Below, piece by piece: positions 1 through 13,480 of a stretch of 64,000 nucleotides of DNA; the first letter of the stretch is position 1; every line of letters begins with the position of its first letter. The notes under the pieces are model-generated. The model saw nothing but the letters and a program-made list of their open reading frames with translations. It was not told where the DNA came from and made no database searches. Where the stretch lies: assembly GCA_012295275.1 (NCBI GenBank), contig CM022671.1, positions 5,952,001-6,016,000 of the forward strand, read 5' to 3'. Position numbers and translations under genes: made by a program. This DNA is from Chrysomallon squamiferum. Taxonomy: Eukaryota; Animalia; Mollusca.

Positions 1-582
1 GCAACTACAGCTACTACTACTGCAACGGTTACTGTTGTTATTCCGTTATTGTTCTCACTATTAGTAATAGCTCTTACACCAAACACATTATTTAACATTA
101 TTATTATTGTTGTTGTTGTTGTTATTCTTGCTACTGTTTTTACTACTACTACTACCATTACTATTATTCTTCTTTTTGTTGCTGTTACTTTTGTTGTTGT
201 TGTTGTTATTATTATTTTTATTGTTATTGTTGTTATTGTTATTATTATTATTATACGCTTCTACTCTTGCCATTACAAGATCATCATCATCATCATCATC
301 ATTATCAAGTAATTACACCCGTATTGTTTTTAAAAAACATGTGTAAATTTCTGTTTTATTGTTTTCCCTGTTCTTTATTTTGATGCATCATGTCAGACTA
401 AAACATATCAGTCTGACGAGTTTAATTCAAACAAAACTATCTGCAAATGACCTGTTTCCACGCGTTTAGGTGGAACAGAAATTAACCACGTGTAAAAGTC
501 ATTATATTCCACGTTTTCTTTTTGTTTTACACCAAAAATAGACAGCTCATCTGACACACATAACACGTAATTTATTTTTCAG

Positions 583-1444
583 ATTTGTTCAGGGAGCACC
601 AGCGACTTTCCAAAAAACTCAGCGTCGAAGAACTGAGAGCTGTAAAGCGATTTATCAAAGACCGAGTCCTGTTCGAAAACCAAGGGTTGCTGTTCCGTCT
701 GCAGTTCTTAAAATGCGCCCAGAACCAGAACGAGAAGGAGTACGAGAGGTCGCTCACAACGCTTCAAAAAGAGCTGGGGAGGAAAAGTTCATTGCGCGGG
801 AATTTCAACGAGAGTTCGGAAATCTCGCGAGAGTTCTGCAGCAACGAGAAGAGCGTTATCGCCGGAAGAACGAGACGTTGATTTCCGATATAAAACGAGA
901 TCGAGAATTAATGACGCGGCTTGAAAATTACATACAGAATCTGGAGAAAGAGATTTCGGAAAAGGAGGACACCGTAACCAGACAAGCAGAAAAGATCGCC
1001 AAATTAGAAAAACAAAATCAGTTACTTTGCAAATACGAGCACCTCGTTAAAGAGAACGCTAAACTGTACCAGGACATACTGAAGCTTAAGTCCACCGTGG
1101 ATTCGAAAAACAAAGAAATTTCAGCCCTCCAGAAGAACTTAAACGTCGGAGACGGGCAGAACGTGTTGTCAAACGACGGGCGGTTCTGGAGGTGTGACGG
1201 AAGGGGGTGCTTGTACAAAACTAACCTGGAAGAGTGCAGGGCGGAGCTCGTACACAAGTGTGAAGAAAACACGTACCTGAGTTTCAAAATTCAGGAAGGA
1301 AGACGGAAGGTGAAAGAACAAGCGAGACTGATTGAAACTCTCGCTCCGAAAAACAAAGACGTTCTTCCGCTAATTAGAAATCCGTGTCATTCCAGCAGAA
1401 GAGTCGATACGACGTCACTCACGTCGTCCATGTCAAAACGATAA
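583..1444 (+). CDS. Terminal exon of an uncharacterised coiled-coil protein; 5' part outside the window; interrupted by an apparent 1-nt frameshift near 766-780 (assembly error or pseudogene possible)
   Basis: Acceptor tttatttttcAG ends at 582. GC-richer island. ORF 585-881 is protein-like up to ...YERSLTTLQKELG. ORF 713-1444 (-1 frame) is protein-like from EEKFIAREFQREF...LENYIQNLEKEISEKEDTVTRQAEKIAKLEKQ, with E/K/L heptad character, and ends at TAA 1442-1444. Confidence 0.6.
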
Positions 1445-1565
1445 AAACTACTGCGACCTGTTTAAAAGGCAGCTAAGGAGAAGCAATTCGTTTATAAATA
1501 CGCCCAGAATTTCTAAAAATAACATAAATAAAATAAAGTAAAATAAACATATGTGTGCGTTTGTT

Positions 1566-1680
<115 letters not shown>

Positions 1681-3035
1681 AGTTTATAACAGGGAATAAT
1701 TATTTTCTTGGTTTCGTTATCTTTATTTTATTACTGGTCTTTATCTGCTTTGTTGTCTTTATTTAATTATTTACGAGATCATTACTGCATCCTAAATTTT
1801 ATTTCTGGAGATTCAACCAGGAAACTGCCAACATTAAATGAACATGAGCAACATGAACTCTAATAAAATACCTGGGAAGATTTTCTTTTTTTTTTTTTTT
1901 TTTTAAAGTAATTGAAAGAACTAATCCAAGCATATTCTGAATGCGTTCAAGTTATGATTCTTCTTTTTGTTGTTGTTGTTGTTCTTCTTATTATTATTAA
2001 TACTAGTAATACTACCACTACAACTACTACTACAACTAGTACTACTGCCATAACTACAGCAACAACAACAACTACAACTATTACTACTACTATTACTACT
2101 ACTACTACTACTTCTACTACTACTATTACTACTACTACTACTAACGTAATTAATGACAACAACAAAATAACAGAGATAAAAGAAGTGTGGGTTCCACCGT
2201 TTTTTTCTGTATAAGTGACGTCATCGAACACAGGCGAACCGATTTACTCAAAAATATCCCCTGAAATATACAAATAATACAAACAATCTATTTGTGTCCA
2301 TGAACAGACGTCACAAGATGTCCTTTTGTTTTGTATCCATCTGTTTGTCTCTCTGTCTGTCTGTATTTCTGTCTGTCTATCCATCCGTCCATTCGCCCGC
2401 AGGTCTGTCTGTCTGTCTAGCTACTATGCGTCTCGCTCACGCATTCACGCACGCACTGACGCACACATACATACACCCACCACGCGCATTTATCTATAGA
2501 TCCGTCAACTTACCTACCTATTACACATCGAAATCTGTTTTCTGTTGTTTTTTTATAATTTCTCTTTTCAGCAGAAATCTCCTAAAATCTCCACATTATC
2601 ACCAAAAAAAAAAGTTAAAAAAATCTATAGAAACCATGACGTGAAAACAGAGAACAAACTGTCGACGGTTTCCATGACAACATGAAAATAATGTGACAAG
2701 CACTTAGAACCTCGCCGTTTCACGGTTATTAGCATTCATACCGATAACAGTCAATTACCAACAGACATGCGTGTTGAGTACCGCACGACTTCCTGTTAAT
2801 GTCGTGAACAGTGATGTAAAGTATGATTAGTAACAGCATGGAATTTATATAATGCTGCTGCTGCTACTACTACTACTACTACTACTACAGTAGTTTCATT
2901 TTGATTGTTTATCATTTACAATGTACCATGCACAAAATGATTGTAATCCCACATAGCTTACAAGAGAGAGAGATAAAGTTACAAAGAAAAAGCACATTCA
3001 TTTTTATTTGACTATCGAAATAAAAAAGCCCCAAA

Positions 3036-3117
<82 letters not shown>

Positions 3118-3533
3118 AATACAATAAAATTGAAAAAAAGGAAGAAAAAAATTAAAATATCAGTATCAGGGATTTGAACCTAAAACTTAGCGAACTTTAC
3201 TCGTTAAATCTGCACTTCCTGTAGAAAAAAAAAAAAAAAAAAAAAAATACAAGAGGCAGGTTCGTGTGCACTGACCTTTCCATTTACTCGGTGCAGCTAC
3301 ATGAAATTAATTAAGAACAAAAAAGTCATATCGCTTTAAAACTAATTTCTGCAGCTGTGAATGAAGGGAAGCGAACTATGTGAAACTTCTGAACTGTAAT
3401 TAAATTATTTCATAATTAGAAACAAGTCGGAATTTTATAAGTTTTCAAAAATTGAAATTGACAAGATTCGTTTTATTCCTTACCCCTCCATCTTTACCAG
3501 TCAGACGATATTTTTTTTTTTTTTTTTTCGTTT

Positions 3534-3597
<64 letters not shown>

Positions 3598-4229
3598 ATA
3601 ATATTAATGAATAATAACAAAAAAAAAAAAAAAAAAATTTAAAAAATGTACGAAAGTATGTAAGCTACATAATTTTATTTTGTCAAAATGGACTCGTCCA
3701 TCCTCTAGTTGGCGCGCAGTCATAATACATTAACAAGAGCTAATTAAAATAACGTGCAACTGCGCGTGCTTCTTCCCGCTGTTTCACTTCAGTTCACGGT
3801 TGCGCACTTGAGAAGAGTGTTATCGGTTGTGAACTAAGCACGCGATGTGTGAAATAACGTGTATTTCTGTATCTATCATCTTTAACAAGTCTGTCTATCA
3901 ACTGCACCAACAGAATACCGATCGCAGATTTAACCTCTGCGTTTAAGCTGTTGTTAAAACAGCTGTATAGCTCGCAGGTGTTGTTCGGATCGCTTCACCG
4001 TATCGGTTCAAACACGTAACTATTTGAAGATGCCGCAAAATGCATTTCTGTAGTCGAGTCGTCTGAGACAAGAACTTTAAAACTATTTTGGATGAAAATT
4101 ATTTAACGTCGTTTTTTTTTCTGACATTGTGACTTCGTTTGTGTGCTTGTTAGTGTGTTTCTGAGAAAAGACAGTAAAACGTTACACTTACAATAAATAT
4201 AGTCTCCAGTGGTACTGAGTTAGTTTTTC

Positions 4230-4670
4230 ATGTTTGAAGCTAACACATAAACACATCCACACACACACACACAAAGAGAATGTTTGAAGCTAACACATAA
4301 ATACACACACAAAAAGAATGTTTGAAGCTAACATAAAAATACACACACAAAGAGAATGTTTGAAGTTAACACACAAATACAGACACAAAAGAATGTTTGA
4401 AGCTAACATAAAAATACACACACAAAGAATGTTTGAAGCTAACATAAAAATACACACATAAAGAGAATGTTTGACGATAACACATAAATACACACACAAA
4501 AAGAATGTTTGAAGATAACATAAAAATAAACCCACAGAAGGAATGTTTGAAGCTATCAAATAGAATGTTTGAAGAAAACACAAAAACCCCACACATTTGA
4601 GGCTAACACATAAATACACGCATACACAAAGATGACGTTTGAAGCTAACAGACTAAAACACACATACAAA
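4230..4670. repeat. Minisatellite, 36-38 bp unit, about 11-12 copies
   Basis: Recurring GAATGTTTGAAGCTAACACATAAATACACACACAAA with a variable CA run. Confidence 0.9.
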
Positions 4671-5694
4671 CAAAAATATTCGCACGTACATAGAAAACAC
4701 GGATGAACTCAAAGTTGAACGGACACAAGACATAAACTATTTGATTACCCAGGTGAAGGGAAGAGAAGAAATATTTTACTTCTAACTTTCTCAGATCTGA
4801 CAGTTATGTGTACAGTTTTAATAAACCTTTCCAAGAAATTCCTCGTAATTAGACATGTGCAGATTAATTACTGTGTTTGCTGGTCTCTGCCAAAAATGAA
4901 ATATTCTAGTCTTGTGAAATAAAATTATTTTCGTTATCAGTCCATAATCACAGACTTGTTGCTATGGTGACGGAATGGGAATTAATTTGAATTAATTTGA
5001 ATTAACACCACCAAGGATCGATCCTACTTTTCACTGTAGCTCAGGTAGGTTCTTTATCACCAGGCTATATTTAATAATAATTAAAACTACAACAACAACA
5101 ACAACAACAGCAACAACAAAACAAAAAAAAAAAAAAAATGCAAATGAAAAAAGATAAATAAATAAAAAATATATAATTACATTAGTATTTTAATTCATTT
5201 TCATCAGAAATTGATGTTCAAAGCAATGAATTGTTATTTAATGATGCCTCAGCACTCTTATATTAGCGATTATTTTAAATAATATTCAAGAGATAAAACT
5301 TTCTGCAATATTTTTATCCGCAAGGAACGCGAAATCCCCGTTTTGTCACATTCTTCGCCGCATTTCAGACACACACACATACGAACGAACAGGTCTGTTT
5401 TTGATTCCATACATACGTAAGTAACATGAGATGGCAGTTTGTCATATTCCACCGCTTTTCAGACAAACATAGGAACGGACAGGTCTATTTTTTGATTGCT
5501 GTAGTTATTTATAAATCTCTGAGAGAGTCGTTACGACAGAAGCGGAGAAAGAGGATAGTTCTGGAGAACAGGTTGATCTCGGGAAGTTTTCACTTTGTGA
5601 GAAAATTTAAGCAACTCAATTATCGTAGGATTTTCCTGTTGTTCTTTATTAACTTTTGGGGAGAGCCGGACAGCAGATGTTCCTGCGCGCGCCT

Positions 5695-5739
<45 letters not shown>

Positions 5740-6037
5740 AACACACACACACACATACACACACAGACACACACACACACATACACAGACATACACACAA
5801 ACACACACACAACACACATATGCACATAGAAAAATTGATCGATAGATATATAAATATATACAAACATACATACATACACACTTACACATATATACATATA
5901 CATGGACATACATACGTATGTGTACACGGACATACATATATACATATATATTGCGAAAAAAAATACGAAGTCAGGAAGCAAAATAGAAAGAAAAACGATA
6001 ACAGACAGTACAAAAAGTGAGACACAGACAGACAGAC

Positions 6038-6108
<71 letters not shown>

Positions 6109-6163
6109 GAGACAGAGAGACAGAGAGACATACATACAGAGAGAGAGAGACAGAGAGACAGAC

Positions 6164-6232
<69 letters not shown>
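5695..6232. repeat. Compound (CA)n/(ATAC)n/(GA)n microsatellite cluster
   Basis: Seen directly. Other (GA/CT)n tracts lie at about 1568-1670, 6925-7023, 8121-8207, 16184-16232, 17813-17879, 20354-20416, 21303-21415, 22446-22512, 40684-40762 and 41533-41637. Confidence 0.97.
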
Positions 6233-6235
<3 letters not shown>

Positions 6236-6921
6236 TTGATAACTGTTCTAAACAAGAAGTATTTGTGTTAGAAAACTGACACTTCTCAGAAAGAAGGTTT
6301 TTGTTATTTTTGTCTTAATAGCAGTCGCTGATGTTGGTGATCCCGGCAAGAGAATGTTTTTTTGTGTTGTTATCTTAGCGTTTTACATTTAGTAGTCTTC
6401 ATTTTTTTTATCACCCGATTTTTATTTTTATTTTTTCCTTTATTATTAATATTATTTGTTGCTGTTGTTGTTGTTGTTTTTTTAGCTAAATAATAAATTT
6501 TAGGATGTCTTCATCCAAGTTTTCGTGATAACCCGTCTACATAGCTATCATTCTCAGATACATACTGTCAAGTTTTGTACTTAATCACAATTCCTGTCAT
6601 GTTTTTTTTTTTTTAAATGTTTTCTTTTACCGTTTTTTTTTGTTTGTTTGTTTGTTTGTTGTTGTTTTTTTTTGTTGTTTGTTGTTTGTTGTTTATTTTC
6701 CTTCTTGTTTTCTTAACACCGATTTTTTTCTCAATTTTTGTAATAATTTTTTTTTCTAATATGAAACACAAATCTCTCTCTCTCCATCTGCGTTTGAACC
6801 ATTCTACCTAATTTCTGTTGTAACTACCTATATCTATAAATAGTATTTGTAAAAAACAAAATACTTTATTGATGCGATATAACGTAATAATAACGAAAAG
6901 ATATAAAGTATTGTGTTTATT

Positions 6922-7026
<105 letters not shown>

Positions 7027-7982
7027 CTGTTTCATTCTTTATTTATCTCTGTACGTCTCTGAAAAAAATTGGTCTTATGTTAATTTTTTTTTTTTCATTT
7101 CTAACGTGATAAAACATTCTGTTTATTTAACACCATAACAATATTTTCTTTGTAAGAGAACGTAAAACAGACGTGTATGTGTGCTATTCTGAGCGATGTA
7201 TGCATTTGTTTATATTTGCATGTTTATTTGTAATATTTAGCATAGTTCTGCATGTTTATTTGATGGATATGCGCATGTCTCTGTGTGCATGTGTGTGCGT
7301 GTGTGAACGTGCGTCAGATTACTTTTCCATTCCTTTCAACAAATTAAACAGCTGATTTCCATTTATTTGAAGAAAAAAAAAATGAATTGTTGAATGGTGT
7401 AAACAGATATTTAGTAGCTGGTGTAATATTTATTTTCTGTTACGAACATGCTTACAATTATGGTGATGAAATACCGAGGGAATAAAAAAAATGAAACACT
7501 GAAAAAAAAAAAAAAATCACTCCATTCTTTTTAGGTTAGCGAAGTTGCAAAAACTTGAGAAAAAATAAAAATCAACTCAGTGAAGTTATTCTAAATCATA
7601 AGCCTGTAAAATCAGATTATGAGGTAATAATATACTTGTGCAGAATATTTATTTTATTTTAGTTGAATTCTCGCAGGAACAGACAGTAACAAACTTGTTT
7701 GAATCTCCTTATCTGTGCATATTTGTCTGTTCAGGCGATTTAAGATTTGTTTTGCAAAATAACTGCTGTCGTCTGTTTACGAGAAACAAGTCACGTGATC
7801 TTTCTGATTGGCGCGACCTTCATGAACAAAACTATATGTAAGCGGATCTTAATGACTCTTGATTCATTCATTTATTTATTGTACAAACGTAACTGTGAAT
7901 AAGTAAATAAATAAAAAAATAATAATAATTAAAAAAGTAAAATAAATAAATAAATAAATAAAAAGTAAAAGTAAAATAATAA

Positions 7983-8022
<40 letters not shown>

Positions 8023-8118
8023 TAAATAAATAATTAAATGATTTTGAAAACAAGACAAAAATTTCATTCATTTTGATAGTTTTATCATTCACAAATTGAT
8101 TGTAATACAAGCACTGAA

Positions 8119-8210
<92 letters not shown>

Positions 8211-9467
8211 CAAATACCTACCATACTTAGACAATGTTATGTATTTACTGTGAAATAAAACTAAAACATAAATACAGTAATTATACTTATCTTTGGTATT
8301 TGAATTTCTAGACAATCTCGAGATTTACAAACACACACACAGACAAAAGTACTTATTGCTGCTCTTTCTGTTGTCTTTTATTCATTTGACAATTTATTAT
8401 TATTTTTTTCATTTTTGTCTTTGTACGTAACAATGGACACGCAGCAAATACGATGGTCTCTGTTCCATTTCACTTTTCATGTCCACTTTCATTTTTCACG
8501 AATTTTAAATGCCCCCTACTCTGATGTTAATAAGAAATTTTCAGTTTGTTCACACATGTATGTATTTACATATTCATCAGACATTTTGAGCAGTACTTTT
8601 TCTTTACATCTTTGGAATTAGAAATTTTATTTATTTATTTATTTATTTATTATTATTATTATTATTTTTTTAATAATGAAAAACGTCCAGCGAAGTAGAT
8701 TATTTGAACAACACGTGCAATTGAAATCCGATTCGCCTTGTCATGTTGTTGTTTTTAGTTCTGACAAGCACAGAAAAGAAAAAAAAAAAAAATGTAATAA
8801 ATAATAGAACTTATTAACAAACATGTCAGGTCTGAGATTGAGAAAATATAAGCTCTTCGTTGTTTCTGACACAAATCAACTTTATTGTAATAATCTTCAG
8901 GTTTGGAACGTTTGAGATATTTCCGGAGTCAAGAGGAAGTCATAAATAAAAACGCTAAACCACAGTGCAACTTTGTGTAACAAAACTTACATAGTACATT
9001 CGCACCATCGAGTAAAGAATCGGCTTTAATTGGTATCTTTCGTTGTTTTGTATCGACTTTAGCCGATAACATTAATTAAGATATTTCTTTTCTATTCTTT
9101 CATTCTTCTTTTTTCTTTCTTTTTTTTGCTAAAGTTCGGTTCAGTGTTAAATAATATTTTCACTGAACCGTTTCGATCGATATTTTTCGTGTTTTCATTA
9201 TCGAATTTTGCCGATTATCAAATTTTTAAATATAATTATTGCAGTTTCATCAGTATTACAATTTCTATCAGTTTCCTCCATTTTGTGCCGACATTTTCTT
9301 GAACCGCATTGTGAACTTTACGTCACTGTCAACATATTAATCTGTCTTTCCATTCTTTTATTACTGCACTTTCTAAACTGAAACTATCTGGGATTTCACA
9401 ACACACACACTGTTCGGTACTTCCCGTATTTGTTTAAAAGAAAACGAATATTAACGATTTATTCGAA

Positions 9468-9603
9468 TCGGCATCTTCCGTATTTCTCCAGAACCGAACT
9501 AATTTCTGTCATTTGATTCATTCGGCATCTTCCGTATTTCCTTCAGAAGCGAACTAATTTCAGTCATTTGATTCACTCGGCATCTTCCGCGTTTCCTTCC
9601 GAA
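9468..9603. repeat. 54/55-bp tandem repeat (about 2.5 copies) spanning the K2P stop codon
   Basis: TCGGCATCTTCCG starts at 9468, 9522 and 9577; the first two are followed by ...CGAACTAATTTC.GTCATTTGATTCA. Confidence 0.85.
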
Positions 9604-10384
9604 TTTGGTCCGTCGTCTTCGATTAGTCCAATTCGCTTCGCTATTCGTCTGAACTTCATCCGAATCTCCTCCTGCATCAGGTGAAAGCACATGGCCTGCA
9701 TGGCCATTCCGAACAGCAGGTAGAGGCAGCATATCACTCGCTTCTCCTCGTTGGCCCACGAGTCCATGTCCATGCCGGGCACGTAGTCGCCAAACCCTAT
9801 CGTCGTCAACGTAATCACGCAGAAATACATCGACACGAGGAAACTCCACTTCTTCTCCCATATGGAAAACATGATGGCTCCGCCGACGAGGTAGCACGTC
9901 ATGATGGTGAAGGTCAGGGATATTGGAACGCGCAGTTTGTAATCGCTGCCGATTTTAATCTTTCCCGTTCTTTCGCCCAGCAGCGACACAACACCGTCGT
10001 TATTGACGTTGTTGTCGTCGTTATCGTCGTCGTCTTCTGACCTAGAACACATCGACTCGATGTCCACAGACGGGCGACACATAGGGCGCCGTCGTTGTGA
10101 GTGGTACGCGTCGCTGTTGGTCAACGTCAGACTGAACTTTCGCGCACGCGCGTGAATGGCTTCCTGGAGGCGCTCGAGATTTCGCGAGACTTGCATTCTC
10201 GTTTGGATTTCCACCCACTGGTTGATGGCTCCGATGCAGGCGTGTCTGTAGAAGAACCTGACACAGCTGCTGAGCAAGGAGCCGATGTTTCTCACACACA
10301 GAAACGTGAGTGGAATCCCGAATATGGCGTAGAATATTGTCACAATGCGGCCCCAGTCGGTTTTTGGCGCTATGTGTCCGTACC
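9573..10384 (-). CDS. Two-pore-domain K+ channel (K2P; TWK-18/KCNK18-like), coding exon 2: end of P1, M2, long cytoplasmic loop, M3, P2, M4, C-tail
   Basis: Acceptor tttaatttcCAG ends at 10385. Phase-1 join restores [29 protein letters not shown]. Second pore reads SMYFCVITLTTIGFGDYVPG; M4 reads YLLFGMAMQAMCF. Stop TGA at 9575-9573. Confidence 0.95.
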
Positions 10385-10524
10385 CTGGAAATTAAACAGA
10401 AATAAAAATTAGTCATGATATAATTACCTTTATAACAGAAATAAAATAAATTTAAAGTAAAATACTTTACTGCTACTACTACAACTACCACTGCTGCTGC
10501 TGCTGTTACTACTACTATTACTAT

Positions 10525-10566
<42 letters not shown>

Positions 10567-13038
10567 AACTACTACTACCACCACTACTACTACTACTAAC
10601 AATAATAACGATAATAATGATGATGATGATGATGATATAATTATATATATTAAATAAATGGTGTAATAAAATTATTTCCAAATTAATATTTTTAGTTTCC
10701 GCGACTTCCGTATGACAAGAAAACAATACTGTTACAAAACATCTGAAAGCCGCCATTTTACCCCGTTCGTAAATTTAGTCGAGACGTTGTCGTTTTTGTC
10801 ACTGAATGATAGATGTTGTTTTCCTAGCATAGATTAAATACATAAATATATATAACAATAAATAAATAACTTTACAGGAATTAGGTCCGCTTTGTACGAA
10901 ATGACGTCACTACTACAGTGATGTATAGATGTTTTAAAACTCTACTCTATTGTTGCAATACTTCATTATTAGTTAAGAATAGATGTAAAAGTCAAAATAA
11001 AAATAATAAAAATTGAAAGTATGCAGAATAGATTATTTCTTCATATCTTTAATGATTCTATTAAATTTCTACAAAATTACCAAAACAGAATCTACATAAA
11101 AATTAAACTTTTAAACAATTTTCTAATATATTTTATGAAAGAAAAAACGATGTAGTGCACGATATGCAAAATGATATCAATATGTTTTATATAATAATAA
11201 TAATCCATTGCACATGACAGTACATATCTAGTGATTTAATAGACAAACTGAATGTCACTCTGGTGGAATGGAACACAGCGTTACAATATATATGCCGCTT
11301 TCATTGTACGAAAACTGAATGTCTGTGGAATGATCTTGAAGGCTGTTGATCCAAGCCACCACATATCACAAGCAGACGTCAATAAAATATGGAAGAAAGA
11401 AAACCGATTCAAAGTAGCAAGTACAGTAAAAACAGTAAATATTTTTTGTTTTGACAACACATCACCACTAACGCAGTTATCTATGTGTATACAAACAGTT
11501 CATCCTGATCGTATCTACCGGAACTCGTCTGCTACTAAATTCTGCACGATCTCTGCACGCGCCGTTAATTCGCGCCTCTCACGATACAATTATTGTTGTG
11601 TTTGTCAGAACATTAACCACGATGTTAGAGAGATACCGAGGGCAAGAATGAGACTAATAACTGTTTTGTTTCAGAACGTATGTGTGTCTGGTGCAGAAGT
11701 ACGCACAGATGTTTTGATAAACAACTAGCAGCAGCAACAACAATGTTATCAACAAATTAACAGACAATTTAAGTCTTGAAAGAAAATATAAAAAAACGAG
11801 AACTCGATAGCTTAAGAAACTAAAGACAACCCTTTTTGTCTTTCCGAGTTTTCAATGAATCGGCAGAAACATTATCAAAGTCAAAAACACAAAGATGGCT
11901 GACATGATAACGGCTCAACTCCAGCGTCTCAACATTCGACTGCCAAGCTGACTTTGGCACAAAATTAAGATACACAAACTGGAAGAGGAAAAGCTACATA
12001 TAAAATAACGAATATAAAAAAATAAACAGTATTTCTACGTCTGATATCACAGATAAATCACGATTATTATTATTTTTTTTTATGACGGAAATTGTTCCGG
12101 AAGATTATCTGATCCGCGATCATAGAGAAACGAATATCCGGATTCTTTTCATCTCGGCTTTGAAGTAACTAAGGAATTCAAGACCATAACTTCTGGAGAT
12201 GTTTTCATACCAAACGACTTGTTACTAATTACACACAAGCAGAGGATGAAAGGAAGAGAGTGAGATTAGATCATAGATGTAATAGTGTTATCGTATGTGT
12301 GACTAGTATGTCAAAGGTCATGGTCGTTTATTTAATGGTTTGGAGTTTAGATTGGTTACTAGTGTTTCTCTTTTAGTTATTTTTATTTTGGGGGTGGGGG
12401 GTATTAAAGTGTTAACACCTGCAGACAGGTCGTGTACCTGTATATCTTACATCATAAATGTTACTTTGACGTGTGAAAAGTCTGTTTGAAATGCTACTTA
12501 GTCTTAGGGAACATATTATAAAATGACAACTCAAAAAATCAGAGAACACGTTTTGAAAAAGGAATTCAGAAATCTGAGAACAGATTATAAATTTATCATC
12601 AGAAATGATGGAACTCTTTTTTAAAATTCTTCATCATAAGTAATAATAGTAATACAAATAATAATAACAATAAAATAATAATAAAATAAAATAAAAATTA
12701 AGAATAGAAATTTTTTGTGTGCATTTTCTCATAATCCGTTAACCATAAAAACGATTCTTCGCAAACCAGTCACAAGGAATGGTTTTGAAATGAAACAGAC
12801 TGATCTTGCACCACGATTCGATCTTATGCTCTGACCACTCGGCCAAATTTACGATCTACCATGATTTAATACACAATATCACTTCTCAAATACAACCCGA
12901 TTAGTGATAATGTAATAATATTAATTTATTACAATGCGAATAATTATGGTAGTGAAAGACGCTGAAATTAACAATATAAAAGAATATTTGTTTTGTTTGT
13001 ATTATTATTATTATTATCTATTTTATATATACACAAAC

Positions 13039-13480
13039 CTATCGTTGTCAGCACTGTCACGGAATATAACATGGCTCCTGCGTAGGACCACTGCAGCTCC
13101 TCCTTCACCTGACGCCCGCCCCACCCTTTGACTTTGGTCAGGTGATAAACCTCTTTCTGAAAAGATTTTAAAATGTCTTCTGCTTCTCTCCTCCACTGGT
13201 CCCGCCCCCGGTCGCTGAGCTCCAGCCTCTCGGTGATCTCCAGAAACTTCTCCGTCTTTGCGTCCTCCAGCTCCTTTATTCGCAACCTCTGCGACTCCTC
13301 GTAAGGCGCCTCGAGAGTTTTGAAAATCAAACTTCCCAGCATGCAGTACGCGACAACTGCCGACGTGAGACCCACCTGCGACACGAGGAAGGTTATGAAG
13401 CGTTTCACACAAATCACGAATATTCTGTACACTCTGTGCGCGCGAGATAACGTCTGCTTCCGGCCATGACGTGACGCCAT
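13039..13480 (-). CDS. Two-pore-domain K+ channel (K2P; TWK-18/KCNK18-like), coding exon 1: N-terminus, M1, cap, P1
   Basis: ATG at 13480 with an upstream in-frame stop. Motifs FLVSQVGLTSAVVAYCMLGSLIFKTLEAPYE (M1) and QWSYAGAMLYSVTVLTTIG. Donor G|GTTTGT at 13039/13038. Spliced CDS is 442+812=1254 nt, i.e. 417 aa. Confidence 0.95.

Noticed and set aside
49-346. ORFs of poly-I/L/N/Y, (RE)n, (SL)n, (CV)n or (HT)n here and throughout the ORF track
   Set aside because: These are translations of AAT, GA and CA microsatellites, with no splice or codon support.
4230-4670. Regularly spaced repeats of about 36 bp superficially resembling a CRISPR array (also 14311-14836 and 37715-38665)
   Set aside because: Units are head-to-tail with no unique spacers, the context is eukaryotic and there are no cas genes; these are minisatellites.
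9560-9575. Stop-codon readthrough of the K2P TGA
   Set aside because: A second in-frame TGA follows after two codons (TGA ATC AAA TGA).
9499-10412. Overlapping and antisense ORFs over K2P exon 2 (9499-9897, 9681-10040, 10101-10412)
   Set aside because: Shadow frames of a GC-rich coding exon.
11252-11728. 158-aa + strand ORF inside the K2P intron
   Set aside because: No recognisable motif or supporting splice structure; probably chance, though a BLASTP would be needed to exclude it fully.
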